Shown: positions 1-9,752 of the stretch, piece by piece
Numbering within the stretch: position 1 is the first letter of the stretch
Layout: every line of letters begins with the position of its first letter
NCBI GenBank assembly: GCA_938038035.1
Contig: CALHQV010000132.1
Span: 5,561 to 69,560, forward strand
Direction: 5' to 3'
Length of the DNA stretch: 64,000 nt
DNA from: an uncultured Gemella sp.
Lineage (GTDB): Bacteria > Bacillota > Bacilli > Staphylococcales > Gemellaceae
Notes under the pieces: generated by a model
What the model saw: the letters and a program-made list of their open reading frames with translations, nothing else
Told to the model about the DNA's origin: nothing
Database searches by the model: none
Program-made: the position numbers and the translations under genes

Positions 1-438
1 TACTCTATGCTTAGCGAACAAGAAGTTATTGGTGACTTAGAACTTCAAGCAGTAATTGCTAAACTCTCTCGTGATATTAATATCCCTGCGACTTATATTA
101 CACGTTATGTAAATGGTTTGGTTTATAAATCTGTAGATGATTTTATTAAAGATGTACATGAGAAGATTGATAACCCTACATTAAAAGGTTTGAATATTGG
201 TATGTTCTACACTACTATTGCTAAGAATTTAAACAGTGCAGTCTGGGTAGGTTTGGATAAAATGGAATTATTGTCTATTTCCATGGAACATATCCCTACA
301 TTTATTGCTGTATTAGCAATGTGCTTGACAGAGCAACCCTTTAAGAATGCTGGTTTGACTAAAATCGCATTACGAAACTTCTCAAGAGATAAACAACAAT
401 TCGTCCTAGGTGTCAATGGTATTGTAACTGGACGATAA
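1..438 (+). CDS. Virion structural protein, C-terminal part (phiKZ gp28-like); probably truncated by window start
   Basis: Frame is open from base 1; lies upstream of the gp27/gp26-like pair (synteny only). Confidence 0.5.
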   Translation, partial: YSMLSEQEVIGDLELQAVIAKLSRDINIPATYITRYVNGLVYKSVDDFIKDVHEKIDNPTLKGLNIGMFYTTIAKNLNSAVWVGLDKMELLSISMEHIPTFIAVLAMCLTEQPFKNAGLTKIALRNFSRDKQQFVLGVNGIVTGR

Positions 439-460
439 GACACTGAAAGGATAAAAGAAG

Positions 461-3202
461 ATGAAGGTACCTTATCTTATCGGTCATTTTATCTATAACC
501 TTTGGGGTGCACCTCACCAAGACAATCAGTCTATCATTAGACCAGCTAGGGTTACACCATTTGGTGGGGCGCGTAACCACGTCCAAATTTTTTCGGAAGA
601 CTATAACTTACCTACCAAACACGATAGGTATCACGCCTATGTGTTAGGACAAGTATTTGAACCTATTGTTAATCTGCCTTTTATAGAATACCCAGATCGT
701 TCAGATTGGGTAAATATGGCAGAATACTGTAAAGAAACTAATGTGTTATTCCAGTTCTATACAGTAAAAGGCATTATGATTCCTTTAACACATATTTACT
801 TTACGACTACAGTAGAGAAGAATATTGTTATTATTATCCGAGAAGAAACAAAAATCCCTTGGGATATGGATAAAGAAGACATTACATTTCGAACTTATAG
901 AAATGCATTACATACAACACCTGGACCAAATCAACCCGCTGATAAAACAGATATCTTATATCTTAAATTAATCAGGATGTCTCAACGTACTATTATTAGC
1001 GATTTCTATCGTAAGTACGAAAGAAAACCAGGTAAGATGTTTACGTATATTAACGGCTATATTGTAGATAATCCTATTTCTTATCCTATCTTGGAAGGCG
1101 ATGTGGTTGAGATTATTTACGATTCGACTATTTACAAAACAGTAGAAATTAACATCAATCAAACACCTACATTTAAATCTTTATTAGACGGTATTCGTAA
1201 GTATTTATTTACCCATGATAAATCTTATCGTTCTAATACATTTGAATATTTCGACGATTGTGATTTCTACTTATCATTCTACCACAATAACACTCCTAAG
1301 ATGTTCAAAGGCGTATTACTACATCGTAACAATATATCCAATGTACGTCAAGTAACTAATTGCGATTTCTCAATCAGCACTAACTTGGTTAAAGAGTTAA
1401 TTCATGACCATGAGTTTATTGACCAAGCACAAGGTAGAATTGTATTCCAAGTACATTACCGTAAACAATATCGTAATATCAGATTTCCTTATAATGCACA
1501 TCGATTACACGAGTTAAATAAACTACCTTACCGTAATCGTACAGCTGCTTTATTAGGTGTAAATTCAAATATCCAAGAATGGCGTGCTGATGTATTAGAG
1601 AATTCTGATTTAATGAAGTTAGTCTCTTTGGATAAACCTATTTGCGATATTGAACGTATTCAAAATGCTTATGGTTACAATGCTGTTACTTGGTATACTG
1701 CAAAATCAGTACATCCTTATAAAGATTTTGTTGATGATGGTTTAGGTGGTAAAGTAGTTAATGTGCCTTATACCTTTAGGCACAAATCTACTATTTTCGA
1801 ATACGATGAAAATGGTAAACTATTGAAATGGTCTCGACTAGGTAATTATAATCAATATCCAGTTGAAGATTCACGTACACGATATGTTGAATTTATTGGT
1901 GGTGTAGGTACACGACAACCATACCATTACTTTGGTGAAGGTAAGAATAAGTTTACTATTGCTAGTAAAGATTCAGAATATCGATTCTACGGATGTAAGA
2001 AAGAGTTATTGAACGAAAATCAAAATGACTATACTGTTTGGGAAGACATTACTGATAAAGTAATGTTAAATAAATCATACGACGAACAAACAGATGAAAC
2101 TAAGATTTGGTTAAGTGATAAATACGAAACACCGTCTTCTCGTGAACCTATGTACAATACAGTAGATAAATACTTTATTTATCGTACAGACGATGACTTT
2201 TTGTGTCGAGATGTAGAAGCAAGAGTAGTGAAGAATAACTTATCTTTCACACTTACTCAAGTTTATCAAGATATTGACGAAGAGAAGTTAAAAGAACAAC
2301 CTGTTAAAGTACCCTACGGGTATTTAGACGTATTCTTAAATGGTTATGCTTTAATTGAAGGTATTGATTACTTCGTAGACTTTCCTAAAGTCCACATTAT
2401 CAGTAAAGGCTGTATTGACTTTAGTTTAGAAAAACAAAAGATTACATTTAGAATGTATGGTTTCCCTGATACGAAAAACCATACTACAGTAGATAAACGT
2501 ACCATTACTCAACTGACTGGTATTTTAAATGCCAACAGACAAGTCGGTTATGTAAACAATGGTATGCTGTCGAAGAATAATAGATGGGATATTTTGGAAG
2601 AAAAGAATCTTTTAATTAAAGTAGGTAATGGTATTATTGCAAAAGAGGACTTAGGTTTCTCTGAAGATGGTTTGGTGATTCCTAAACGAAGAGATGTATT
2701 AGAAGGTAAACCATACGAAATTGTTGACGTAATCTCTGGTAAACGAGATACTTATCCTAAAGATGCTTATCAGTTTAAGAAAGAAGCTGAAGTATTAGAT
2801 AAGAAGATTTCTGATTACATGACTATGTTATTACCAGAACAAAGGACAACCACCAATCCACCAATTCATGGGTTATATAAGTTATTCTCTCCATTGCTAA
2901 GTCGTTTAATTTACGATTTATCAGAGAATCTGGTTGACTTCCCTAATATGGAATCTAGATACTTAGACCAAGAAATCATTGATTACATGGAAGCTAATTA
3001 TCAAGAGTTCTTTAAAATTGAACCATCATTTAAACTGGATGCAATTAGTTTGAAACACGTAACTATCCATCCGGTTTATAAGAATACGATTACAGACATT
3101 ACTTATCACCAAATGAGATGGTTAAAACAAGTCGTTCGTATCTATTATCGAAACAGTATTGAATTATCTCATTTTGTAAGAATAGGAGAACAACATGCCT
3201 AG
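461..3202 (+). CDS. Large virion structural protein (phiKZ gp27-like, probably baseplate)
   Basis: 913 aa ORF, AAAGGA RBS; size and position next to gp26-like gene and terminase. Confidence 0.65.
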   Translation: MKVPYLIGHFIYNLWGAPHQDNQSIIRPARVTPFGGARNHVQIFSEDYNLPTKHDRYHAYVLGQVFEPIVNLPFIEYPDRSDWVNMAEYCKETNVLFQFYTVKGIMIPLTHIYFTTTVEKNIVIIIREETKIPWDMDKEDITFRTYRNALHTTPGPNQPADKTDILYLKLIRMSQRTIISDFYRKYERKPGKMFTYINGYIVDNPISYPILEGDVVEIIYDSTIYKTVEININQTPTFKSLLDGIRKYLFTHDKSYRSNTFEYFDDCDFYLSFYHNNTPKMFKGVLLHRNNISNVRQVTNCDFSISTNLVKELIHDHEFIDQAQGRIVFQVHYRKQYRNIRFPYNAHRLHELNKLPYRNRTAALLGVNSNIQEWRADVLENSDLMKLVSLDKPICDIERIQNAYGYNAVTWYTAKSVHPYKDFVDDGLGGKVVNVPYTFRHKSTIFEYDENGKLLKWSRLGNYNQYPVEDSRTRYVEFIGGVGTRQPYHYFGEGKNKFTIASKDSEYRFYGCKKELLNENQNDYTVWEDITDKVMLNKSYDEQTDETKIWLSDKYETPSSREPMYNTVDKYFIYRTDDDFLCRDVEARVVKNNLSFTLTQVYQDIDEEKLKEQPVKVPYGYLDVFLNGYALIEGIDYFVDFPKVHIISKGCIDFSLEKQKITFRMYGFPDTKNHTTVDKRTITQLTGILNANRQVGYVNNGMLSKNNRWDILEEKNLLIKVGNGIIAKEDLGFSEDGLVIPKRRDVLEGKPYEIVDVISGKRDTYPKDAYQFKKEAEVLDKKISDYMTMLLPEQRTTTNPPIHGLYKLFSPLLSRLIYDLSENLVDFPNMESRYLDQEIIDYMEANYQEFFKIEPSFKLDAISLKHVTIHPVYKNTITDITYHQMRWLKQVVRIYYRNSIELSHFVRIGEQHA

Positions 3203-4946
3203 TCCAACGGACATTCCAACTAATCTACCTGTGTATGCCAGAAACCATGCTGTGGATACATCAATCGTAGGTATTGACGGTGAACCGCCTATTTACGATG
3301 ATACCCAGACATGGCGACGCTGGGCAATGCACGATATCTATTTAGGTCGAGAAGGCCACCGTAAATGGATTCCTAAAGTTAACGACTATGTTGAAGACAT
3401 TAGCTTAGAACCACCTAAAGTTTATAAAGTAATGTCTATTGACCCAACCACACAAGTACCTGAATTACGATTGATTCAATCCAATAAAATTGCGGTTGAT
3501 GAAATGACTTCTGAAGAAGGGCGGTTCTTTGCAGGTGGTACATTAGCTACACCTTGCTCACGTCAGATTTTCTACGATAATTCTGTCGCACGTCCTACCT
3601 TGAAGATTCCATCTCAATTCCATATTCAAGGTACAACGCCTCACCATGCAGTTGCTTATAAGGGAACTATTGCTGGTCAAGGTGGTTTAGCTATTTCAGC
3701 TCGATACGACCAAAGCTTTAACTTTATTGGTAACGAAATCCCATTAATGCCTGTAGCTCAACGTGATTCTAATAATCACACTCAGTGGTATATCCCAGAT
3801 TTCTACTGTACACATGAGTTAGAAGAAGGTGAGATGATTCTTATCTTGATTTACGATGACCGTGGTGGTTTGTGTTCACGTACTAACTGGATTGTTGAGT
3901 ATTCAGCACTACTGCGTGATGTATCAGATGCAGATAAGTTTATTAATAACATTTCTCTTGAGTCGTTCTATATCGATTCTACAGATGATTCTAATCTTCT
4001 GATTCCAGAACAAGTATTGAAAAACTCTATTAACTTAATGGGTAAAGTACATTACTCAGATGGTTCTACCATTACTTATCCAGTAGATGGTAATAAGTTT
4101 GAATTACTGTATTTGGATAAAGCTGCTGAATCTGTAGCTTCTACTAAAGGTTCTTTATCTTTAGTATACTACTTAGCAGATAATGAGAAATCAGTACATG
4201 TTATTAATAACAATAATCGACACTTAATTGTACGTTCGTTTAACTATACAATCGTTGAGCGAGATGGTGCTTATTCTGTTAAGCTCTATCCTGTACCTAA
4301 GTGGATTAATAACGATATTGGTTATCAGCTTGACTGGTACTTATTTACATTAGATAGAAACCAATGGTTGGATGTAACCAATAGTGTATACATTACCCAG
4401 AATAGTCCAAATAGAAGCCTAAATGGTAAACTCTTTGGTCCATTGCAACAATTAGATGTTGCTATTGACTTAGGTGTAATTAACAATACATTTAGAGAAC
4501 ATATCCACCCACAAACAGTTGATATTCGTTTGTTAAGACCTGCATCTGATGCTTCAGGTGATCGATTCCTATTAGGTTTTGACGCTTATCAGAATCCAGC
4601 TTATGGTGAGAACATCATCTGTCAAGTACGTATTGCTTCTGCTACTGATTATAGATATAATATTTCTTGTGGTCAAACTGTACTAGAAGAATGGTTAGAG
4701 AAAGTGTATTACACTACCAAACCACAATATCGTACCAGTCGTGAACCTAATGCACCAAAACCAAATATGTTTAAGTTAATCATTAAAAACAATGAGTATG
4801 AATTCCCAATTCGTAAATGGAATACAGAATTACAAGTTAGTGCTCAAGTAACTGCAACAGATGTGGTTAAGGTATTGTTCTTCAGTAGAACTCAAGACAA
4901 TGATGTCTACTATTCTATTGCACCAATGCCTGTGATTATTACTTAA
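3195..4946 (+). CDS. Virion structural protein (phiKZ gp26-like)
   Basis: 583 aa, AGGAG RBS, overlaps upstream stop; beta-rich composition; synteny. Confidence 0.65.
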   Translation: MPSPTDIPTNLPVYARNHAVDTSIVGIDGEPPIYDDTQTWRRWAMHDIYLGREGHRKWIPKVNDYVEDISLEPPKVYKVMSIDPTTQVPELRLIQSNKIAVDEMTSEEGRFFAGGTLATPCSRQIFYDNSVARPTLKIPSQFHIQGTTPHHAVAYKGTIAGQGGLAISARYDQSFNFIGNEIPLMPVAQRDSNNHTQWYIPDFYCTHELEEGEMILILIYDDRGGLCSRTNWIVEYSALLRDVSDADKFINNISLESFYIDSTDDSNLLIPEQVLKNSINLMGKVHYSDGSTITYPVDGNKFELLYLDKAAESVASTKGSLSLVYYLADNEKSVHVINNNNRHLIVRSFNYTIVERDGAYSVKLYPVPKWINNDIGYQLDWYLFTLDRNQWLDVTNSVYITQNSPNRSLNGKLFGPLQQLDVAIDLGVINNTFREHIHPQTVDIRLLRPASDASGDRFLLGFDAYQNPAYGENIICQVRIASATDYRYNISCGQTVLEEWLEKVYYTTKPQYRTSREPNAPKPNMFKLIIKNNEYEFPIRKWNTELQVSAQVTATDVVKVLFFSRTQDNDVYYSIAPMPVIIT

Positions 4947-4985
4947 ATATTACTTGAATTATTTTATTAGAAACTACTTTTATAT

Positions 4986-5258
4986 GAAATAGAAAGTAGC
5001 TCTCCTATTTCGTGCTCTGTATATATCTTTCTTTCCCGAGGATTAGGATAGCATATAGAGGAACTCCGATTAGCATAATGCAGCCATCTGTGTTTTTGAT
5101 ATCTTACACGTAACTTCGGGATAAGTGTGGGATTGAGAAAGCATCGTGCTAGTTAAGATGGCGCGGGTCAATTTGAATAAACTTGATCCACTTATCGTTT
5201 GAAATACATGATTTCTCTCCAAGCCTATAGCCTCTAGTACTCCTAAGAGTACTAGAGG
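4986..5258 (+). ncRNA. Putative structured late ncRNA 1 (terminase-adjacent)
   Basis: TATG at 4983-4986; stems 4986-4992/5005-5011, 5015-5022/5053-5060, 5083-5089/5156-5162, 5091-5097/5137-5143, 5101-5109/5125-5133 capped by cUUCGg, 5165-5171/5183-5189; G-U pairs favour the + strand; terminal hairpin. Confidence 0.6.
5231..5258. terminator. Hairpin terminator between convergent units
   Basis: cctctagtactc-ctaa-gagtactagagg, perfect 12-bp stem. Confidence 0.75.
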
Positions 5259-5275
5259 GACTAGGGTATTATGTT

Positions 5276-7612
5276 TTATAAAGAATTCCAATAATCTAAG
5301 CTATCGATATCAGAAGAATACGTAGTGTTAACATTGGCATTATAAGTAGTATTAATATTACCATTATAGCCACCATAACCGAACATATCATTTCTACCAA
5401 AGTAATTGGCTTTATTGCTTAACATCGCTTCAGTACGAATAGAATCTAAACTACCTAAGATATTATCTACAATAACAGGCGATTGTTTCATCATGTTAAT
5501 CTTACGGTTTTCTTTCAATTCGTTAATCATATCGGACATACCAATAATCTTATTACGTTCTTCTGGATTTAATCGTTGTTCCAATAATCGAATAGATTTC
5601 TCAATCTTACTAAATTCAAAATAATCATCAGTGTTATTTAAATCATTATAAAGAGATTCAATCTTATTACGAATATTTTCTTGTTCACGATTGTATGCTA
5701 GTTTAGCTGGGTCTACAGCAGTACCTGCTTCAACTACATCAGATAAGAATCTTTGCTTGATGATATCGTAATAGAATACATTACGAGCATTGAAGATAAA
5801 CCAACAAGCCAATAACCAACTAATTACTTGGTCATCATGTTTACCTTTCAAGTGGTCAATACGACCATCCATTACGACAAGACCTAATAGTTCATCTACC
5901 AATCTAGCATCTTTAATCTTATCTGCAACAATATCGACAGCACGATATAGTGTTTCATTATACAAGTTATTACGAGTATAACGACCTGTACCTGTAGTCA
6001 TGTAACCAAATAAAGGTCTGTATTGGTTAGCAATAGACATACGACTAGGATGTGAATCCATGGTATCAAATCGACGTGGATTAGAATCACGTTCATTAAC
6101 CACAATATTAAACACCCGTTTAAATGGGTCAATATTGTAACTAGGTAACACCTCGATTAAGTAATCGATAATACCTTGTGCTGAAGACTTATTCTCTGGA
6201 ACAATAAGTATCTTAGGATAACGTATCATTAAGTCAGCTAACCATTGAGCGTAATTATATAAGTTAACATTATTACAATCAGCACATCCAATAATTTCAA
6301 GATTAATCGCATTAACGAAAGTCAGTGTCGTAGAGTCTCTACCTACATTAGAACTACTATCCATTCCTACAATAACAGGAACAGTATTCATCATGTGGCT
6401 AATTTCATCTTGACTATAATACCATTTAACAGTTAAGCCATTGGTACCAATATCACGATATACAGGTTCCATCTTACTGTTGGTCATCATTTGTAATTGT
6501 TTTGTGGTAAATGGAGAAACTTCGTTACCAGAAGTCCAAACGTTATAATAATCTCGAAGAGCTGCTTCAGGAGAAACCCTGTTCTCTACAATCTTATTAA
6601 TCAACCATTCATCCGTATAACCCATTTGACGATGAGAGAATGTTCCTTGGATACTGAACGTACCTGTAATCTTAGCAATTTCAGATTGTGGGTTAGAGTC
6701 TTTACGAACCATTTTCTCAAATTCAATCACATCTTTACAATCAAGATATTTTTCATCCCATTGTGCAGACTCCATGAATAGTTCATATGCCCATTTACCT
6801 TCAGGTGAGTCCTTCTTACCAGCAGTTGTAGTAAAGATAGAACCAGTAAACTTACCTTCACGCATGGCATCATCTTTTGCCGCGTTCATCGCAGAACCCA
6901 TGGTAGGAATGGTAATAAAGTTATTCTTACAATACGCAATCTCGTCACAATGTCGAATCTCTACAGTATCACCACGACCTTTTTTATCCGCATCTTCTAC
7001 AGAGTCTTGTGCCACAATAGTATTATAGTAATTACGTCTATCTAATACAGTAATGGTTTCTTGGTTATTACTGTCTTTTTTAGTCATTCGGTTTAACCAT
7101 TTAGGCATACGCTCAAATAGCTTACGTAAACGAATCACGTTCTTAACAGCCAGAGGTCTATCTTTTGTATACAGTAACATACGTAAACCAGTACTGAAGT
7201 TTAGAAGATAAGTCATGAGTACGTCTGTCGAATAAGACTTACCAGTCTGACGTGGTTGAATTAATAGATATTGACAGTTATTAAAGAATGACCAAAATAA
7301 AGAGATATTCGCCCTATTAGCCCTAAATCTATTTTTAATATTACCTTCAGGAGTAGGCGCAATTTCTCTAAAATAATAAAATGGATTAATCGCACATTCA
7401 GCAGCAATCCAAATCTTTTGTTCTTGTGTTAAATTAGGATCGTAGGGGTCTACAAACTCTAAACGTCTATCGTGTAATTGTAAATGGAAGTAGTAGTTCT
7501 TAATCCCCATCTTTTTATAAATGTTTGCTAAATCAATAAACGACTGGTTTTTAGTCGAAGTATGGACAATAGCATTAGGATATTTAATCCAGTCTTGTAA
7601 AAATAATATCAT
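5276..7612 (-). CDS. terL: Terminase large subunit (phiKZ gp25-like)
   Basis: Walker A PRQTGKS, Walker B RHCDE, coupling motif FTTTAG, nuclease GMDSS and HDD; start moved to the ATG at 7612, which has an AAAGGA RBS. Confidence 0.92.
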   Translation of the reverse strand: MILFLQDWIKYPNAIVHTSTKNQSFIDLANIYKKMGIKNYYFHLQLHDRRLEFVDPYDPNLTQEQKIWIAAECAINPFYYFREIAPTPEGNIKNRFRANRANISLFWSFFNNCQYLLIQPRQTGKSYSTDVLMTYLLNFSTGLRMLLYTKDRPLAVKNVIRLRKLFERMPKWLNRMTKKDSNNQETITVLDRRNYYNTIVAQDSVEDADKKGRGDTVEIRHCDEIAYCKNNFITIPTMGSAMNAAKDDAMREGKFTGSIFTTTAGKKDSPEGKWAYELFMESAQWDEKYLDCKDVIEFEKMVRKDSNPQSEIAKITGTFSIQGTFSHRQMGYTDEWLINKIVENRVSPEAALRDYYNVWTSGNEVSPFTTKQLQMMTNSKMEPVYRDIGTNGLTVKWYYSQDEISHMMNTVPVIVGMDSSSNVGRDSTTLTFVNAINLEIIGCADCNNVNLYNYAQWLADLMIRYPKILIVPENKSSAQGIIDYLIEVLPSYNIDPFKRVFNIVVNERDSNPRRFDTMDSHPSRMSIANQYRPLFGYMTTGTGRYTRNNLYNETLYRAVDIVADKIKDARLVDELLGLVVMDGRIDHLKGKHDDQVISWLLACWFIFNARNVFYYDIIKQRFLSDVVEAGTAVDPAKLAYNREQENIRNKIESLYNDLNNTDDYFEFSKIEKSIRLLEQRLNPEERNKIIGMSDMINELKENRKINMMKQSPVIVDNILGSLDSIRTEAMLSNKANYFGRNDMFGYGGYNGNINTTYNANVNTTYSSDIDSLDYWNSL

Positions 7613-7684
7613 GATATTATCCTTTAAGTATAAAAGCACATTTCAAAAATATAACCAAATCGTCGTATTTACGTATAAAATAGG

Positions 7685-7722
7685 AATAATACTATCGAGG
7701 TGTTGACCCCGATAGTATTATT
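7685..7722. terminator. Hairpin terminator
   Basis: aataatactatcg...cgatagtattatt inverted repeat. Confidence 0.65.
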
Positions 7723-7728
7723 ATTTTT

Positions 7729-8118
7729 TTATTTATTGTTTTTGATTCTGGTTATTTGAATATCTAAATAAGCTGAAATTACCGCATTAATTTGTTTTTC
7801 TTCACCTAATAGTCTTGATAACAAACGAGGTATATAGACAGGTTGTTTTAAGACAGTAGAAGTAATAGGTAAATCCCAAGATTTAACACAATCAACTCTA
7901 TAAAGAATAAGATGTTTCTTTTTAAAGAACCACCAACCAGTTCTCTCTAATACAAAATGTTTCTTAGTAACATGGATCTCTAAAGGAAAACCTTCGTAAT
8001 TAATAATTCTTACATTGGTTTCACAATTAGGCTCATCTACCTCTGAGTATATTTTATTACCAGAGAAATAATCCATTATACTAAAACTTTTCGAGAGTAG
8101 TTTTTCTATTAGACACAT
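7729..8118 (-). CDS. Hypothetical protein
   Basis: 129 aa ORF with AAAGG RBS. Confidence 0.65.
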   Translation of the reverse strand: MCLIEKLLSKSFSIMDYFSGNKIYSEVDEPNCETNVRIINYEGFPLEIHVTKKHFVLERTGWWFFKKKHLILYRVDCVKSWDLPITSTVLKQPVYIPRLLSRLLGEEKQINAVISAYLDIQITRIKNNK

Positions 8119-8142
8119 AATTCGCCTTTCGAATGTGTTCCC

Positions 8143-9393
8143 TTAGCTGGAATAATAACGCATTGTAAAGGCTCTCAGTACTATATATAACATTACCCCT
8201 GTGCGTGTGGCTGCTATTGATGGACCAGATTTAATCTTAGTCGCTTTCTTAACGATATCTTCCACATCATCACGGATGGATAATAACAACTCATCAGTAC
8301 TACGAGAAGATGTATAAACACCTTTCATTTTACTGATTAAACCACTAATGTCAGATTTATTTTTCATCGCATTTCTATTTTGGTTTAAGTAAGTTAATAG
8401 ATGTGTCATGATTTTATTAACCACTTCATCAATCTCTAATTTACCTTTATCACCTTTACCATACGAATCACTAATCCAACTTAGTGTACTTCTGAACATA
8501 GAAACAGGCATTGTCTTATTAGAACTTTCAATAATAGAAATCAAATCCAGTTTAATAAAACTCGGTTTATCAGGTATAACACCAGCTAGGTAATTACGAT
8601 AAGTTTCCAAAGCATTTGCCTTATCCTTAAGAACAGCTTCACCATCCATCTCGATAAATGTAGAAGAAGTACTGTTCACCCTCATCCCAGACTCTTGGAC
8701 TTGTTTTTGTAAACCGTAAATGTTTTTAAGTAATGCCTTATTCCGACCTTGTGTATCTGTTAACAAATAACCTACTGATTCACCCGTATTACGAATATCG
8801 TGTTCCATTCGTTGAATCGTTAGTCGATGAATAGAGTGTTTCATGTCAATAATATCGTCACTTCTGTCTTGTACTACTTTTATCCAAGTACCCTTTTGTT
8901 TAATGGCATATTTATTACTCATCGCAGCTAATGTTGCTTCGGCAACTTCTTTAGAGCAAGGATAAGGCCAGTGTCTCTGTAGACGAGAAGTGATAAAACG
9001 AAATTGTAAGACATTATAAATAGCCGACATTATCTCATTTTTACGCTTTTCATTGATTTTAGAAGATTTGTAGAACATATGGCTTAACCAGACACAACTC
9101 AGATTAAATGCATCACCCGCTACTACGTAGTAAACTGGATTAATAATCTCATTGAGTCTAGGTAAGAGTTCTTCTTCGTTAATATTAAGAATTTCATCAA
9201 ACCAAATACTGCGGTCTGAATTAGTAAATTTAACCACATAAACACCTGTTAAATTACCACCAAAGAAAGAAGCATGTTCTACATTCTTGGAAATAAAACT
9301 ATTCATGTAACGAATAATTTTATCACCTAATTTGTTATCGAAGGACAATTCCCCGCACAAATCATTAAATACATCTTTTACATGTTTATCCAT
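8143..9393 (-). CDS. Hypothetical helical protein, probably a conserved phiKZ-like core gene
   Basis: 416 aa, AAAGGA RBS, TATG late-promoter motif upstream (9444-9447, minus strand). Confidence 0.6.
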   Translation of the reverse strand: MDKHVKDVFNDLCGELSFDNKLGDKIIRYMNSFISKNVEHASFFGGNLTGVYVVKFTNSDRSIWFDEILNINEEELLPRLNEIINPVYYVVAGDAFNLSCVWLSHMFYKSSKINEKRKNEIMSAIYNVLQFRFITSRLQRHWPYPCSKEVAEATLAAMSNKYAIKQKGTWIKVVQDRSDDIIDMKHSIHRLTIQRMEHDIRNTGESVGYLLTDTQGRNKALLKNIYGLQKQVQESGMRVNSTSSTFIEMDGEAVLKDKANALETYRNYLAGVIPDKPSFIKLDLISIIESSNKTMPVSMFRSTLSWISDSYGKGDKGKLEIDEVVNKIMTHLLTYLNQNRNAMKNKSDISGLISKMKGVYTSSRSTDELLLSIRDDVEDIVKKATKIKSGPSIAATRTGVMLYIVLRAFTMRYYSS

Positions 9394-9461
9394 TTTCTGT
9401 CCTTTATGTTAAATGTATTAAATAGTAAAATAAATTAGTCATTCATAACTTTTTAAAATAT

Positions 9462-9487
9462 TTTCAAATCTATACTATTCACATGAA
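9462..9487 (+). promoter_or_regulatory. Putative early promoter (TTTCAAAYCTATACTAY-N5-TG)
   Basis: Near-identical motif also at 11622, 46354 and 62221; resembles the phiKZ early TATATTAC motif; followed by a leader hairpin. Confidence 0.7.
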
Positions 9488-9539
9488 AGAGTCGAATCTT
9501 TCTACCTTATTTATTAACTTTTTATAAAGGAAATTAAAA

Positions 9540-9677
9540 ATGATTAAACTGATTTTTGCAATCGTTATTGCCCTCATCATCTTCTCATTTCTCGCATGTA
9601 TTGGTATTTATAAAGTATCAACCAACTACGAGAAATACAAAAAGTTTTTCGACCAATACACCAAAAACAAAAAGTAA
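9540..9677 (+). CDS. Small single-pass membrane protein (45 aa, not in ORF track)
   Basis: AAAGGAAA RBS; MIKLIFAIVIALIIFSFLACIGIYK...KNKK; between promoter and terminator. Confidence 0.75.
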   Translation: MIKLIFAIVIALIIFSFLACIGIYKVSTNYEKYKKFFDQYTKNKK

Positions 9678-9688
9678 TTTAGCTATCT

Positions 9689-9719
9689 GATTACCCTATG
9701 GAAAAACCATAGGGTAATC
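9689..9719 (+). terminator. Hairpin terminator
   Basis: gattaccctatgg-aaaaa-ccatagggtaatc, perfect 13-bp stem. Confidence 0.75.
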
Positions 9720-9752
9720 TTAATCTTATTTTTTAAATAAAGGAAATTCAAA

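Noticed and set aside
5109..5125. rRNA gene fragment
   Set aside because: Only about 17 nt resemble LSU rRNA and the flanks do not; reported as a motif, not as rRNA
5070..5291. 73-aa minus-strand ORF
   Set aside because: Crosses a terminator and overlaps the terL end; the region is better explained as structured RNA
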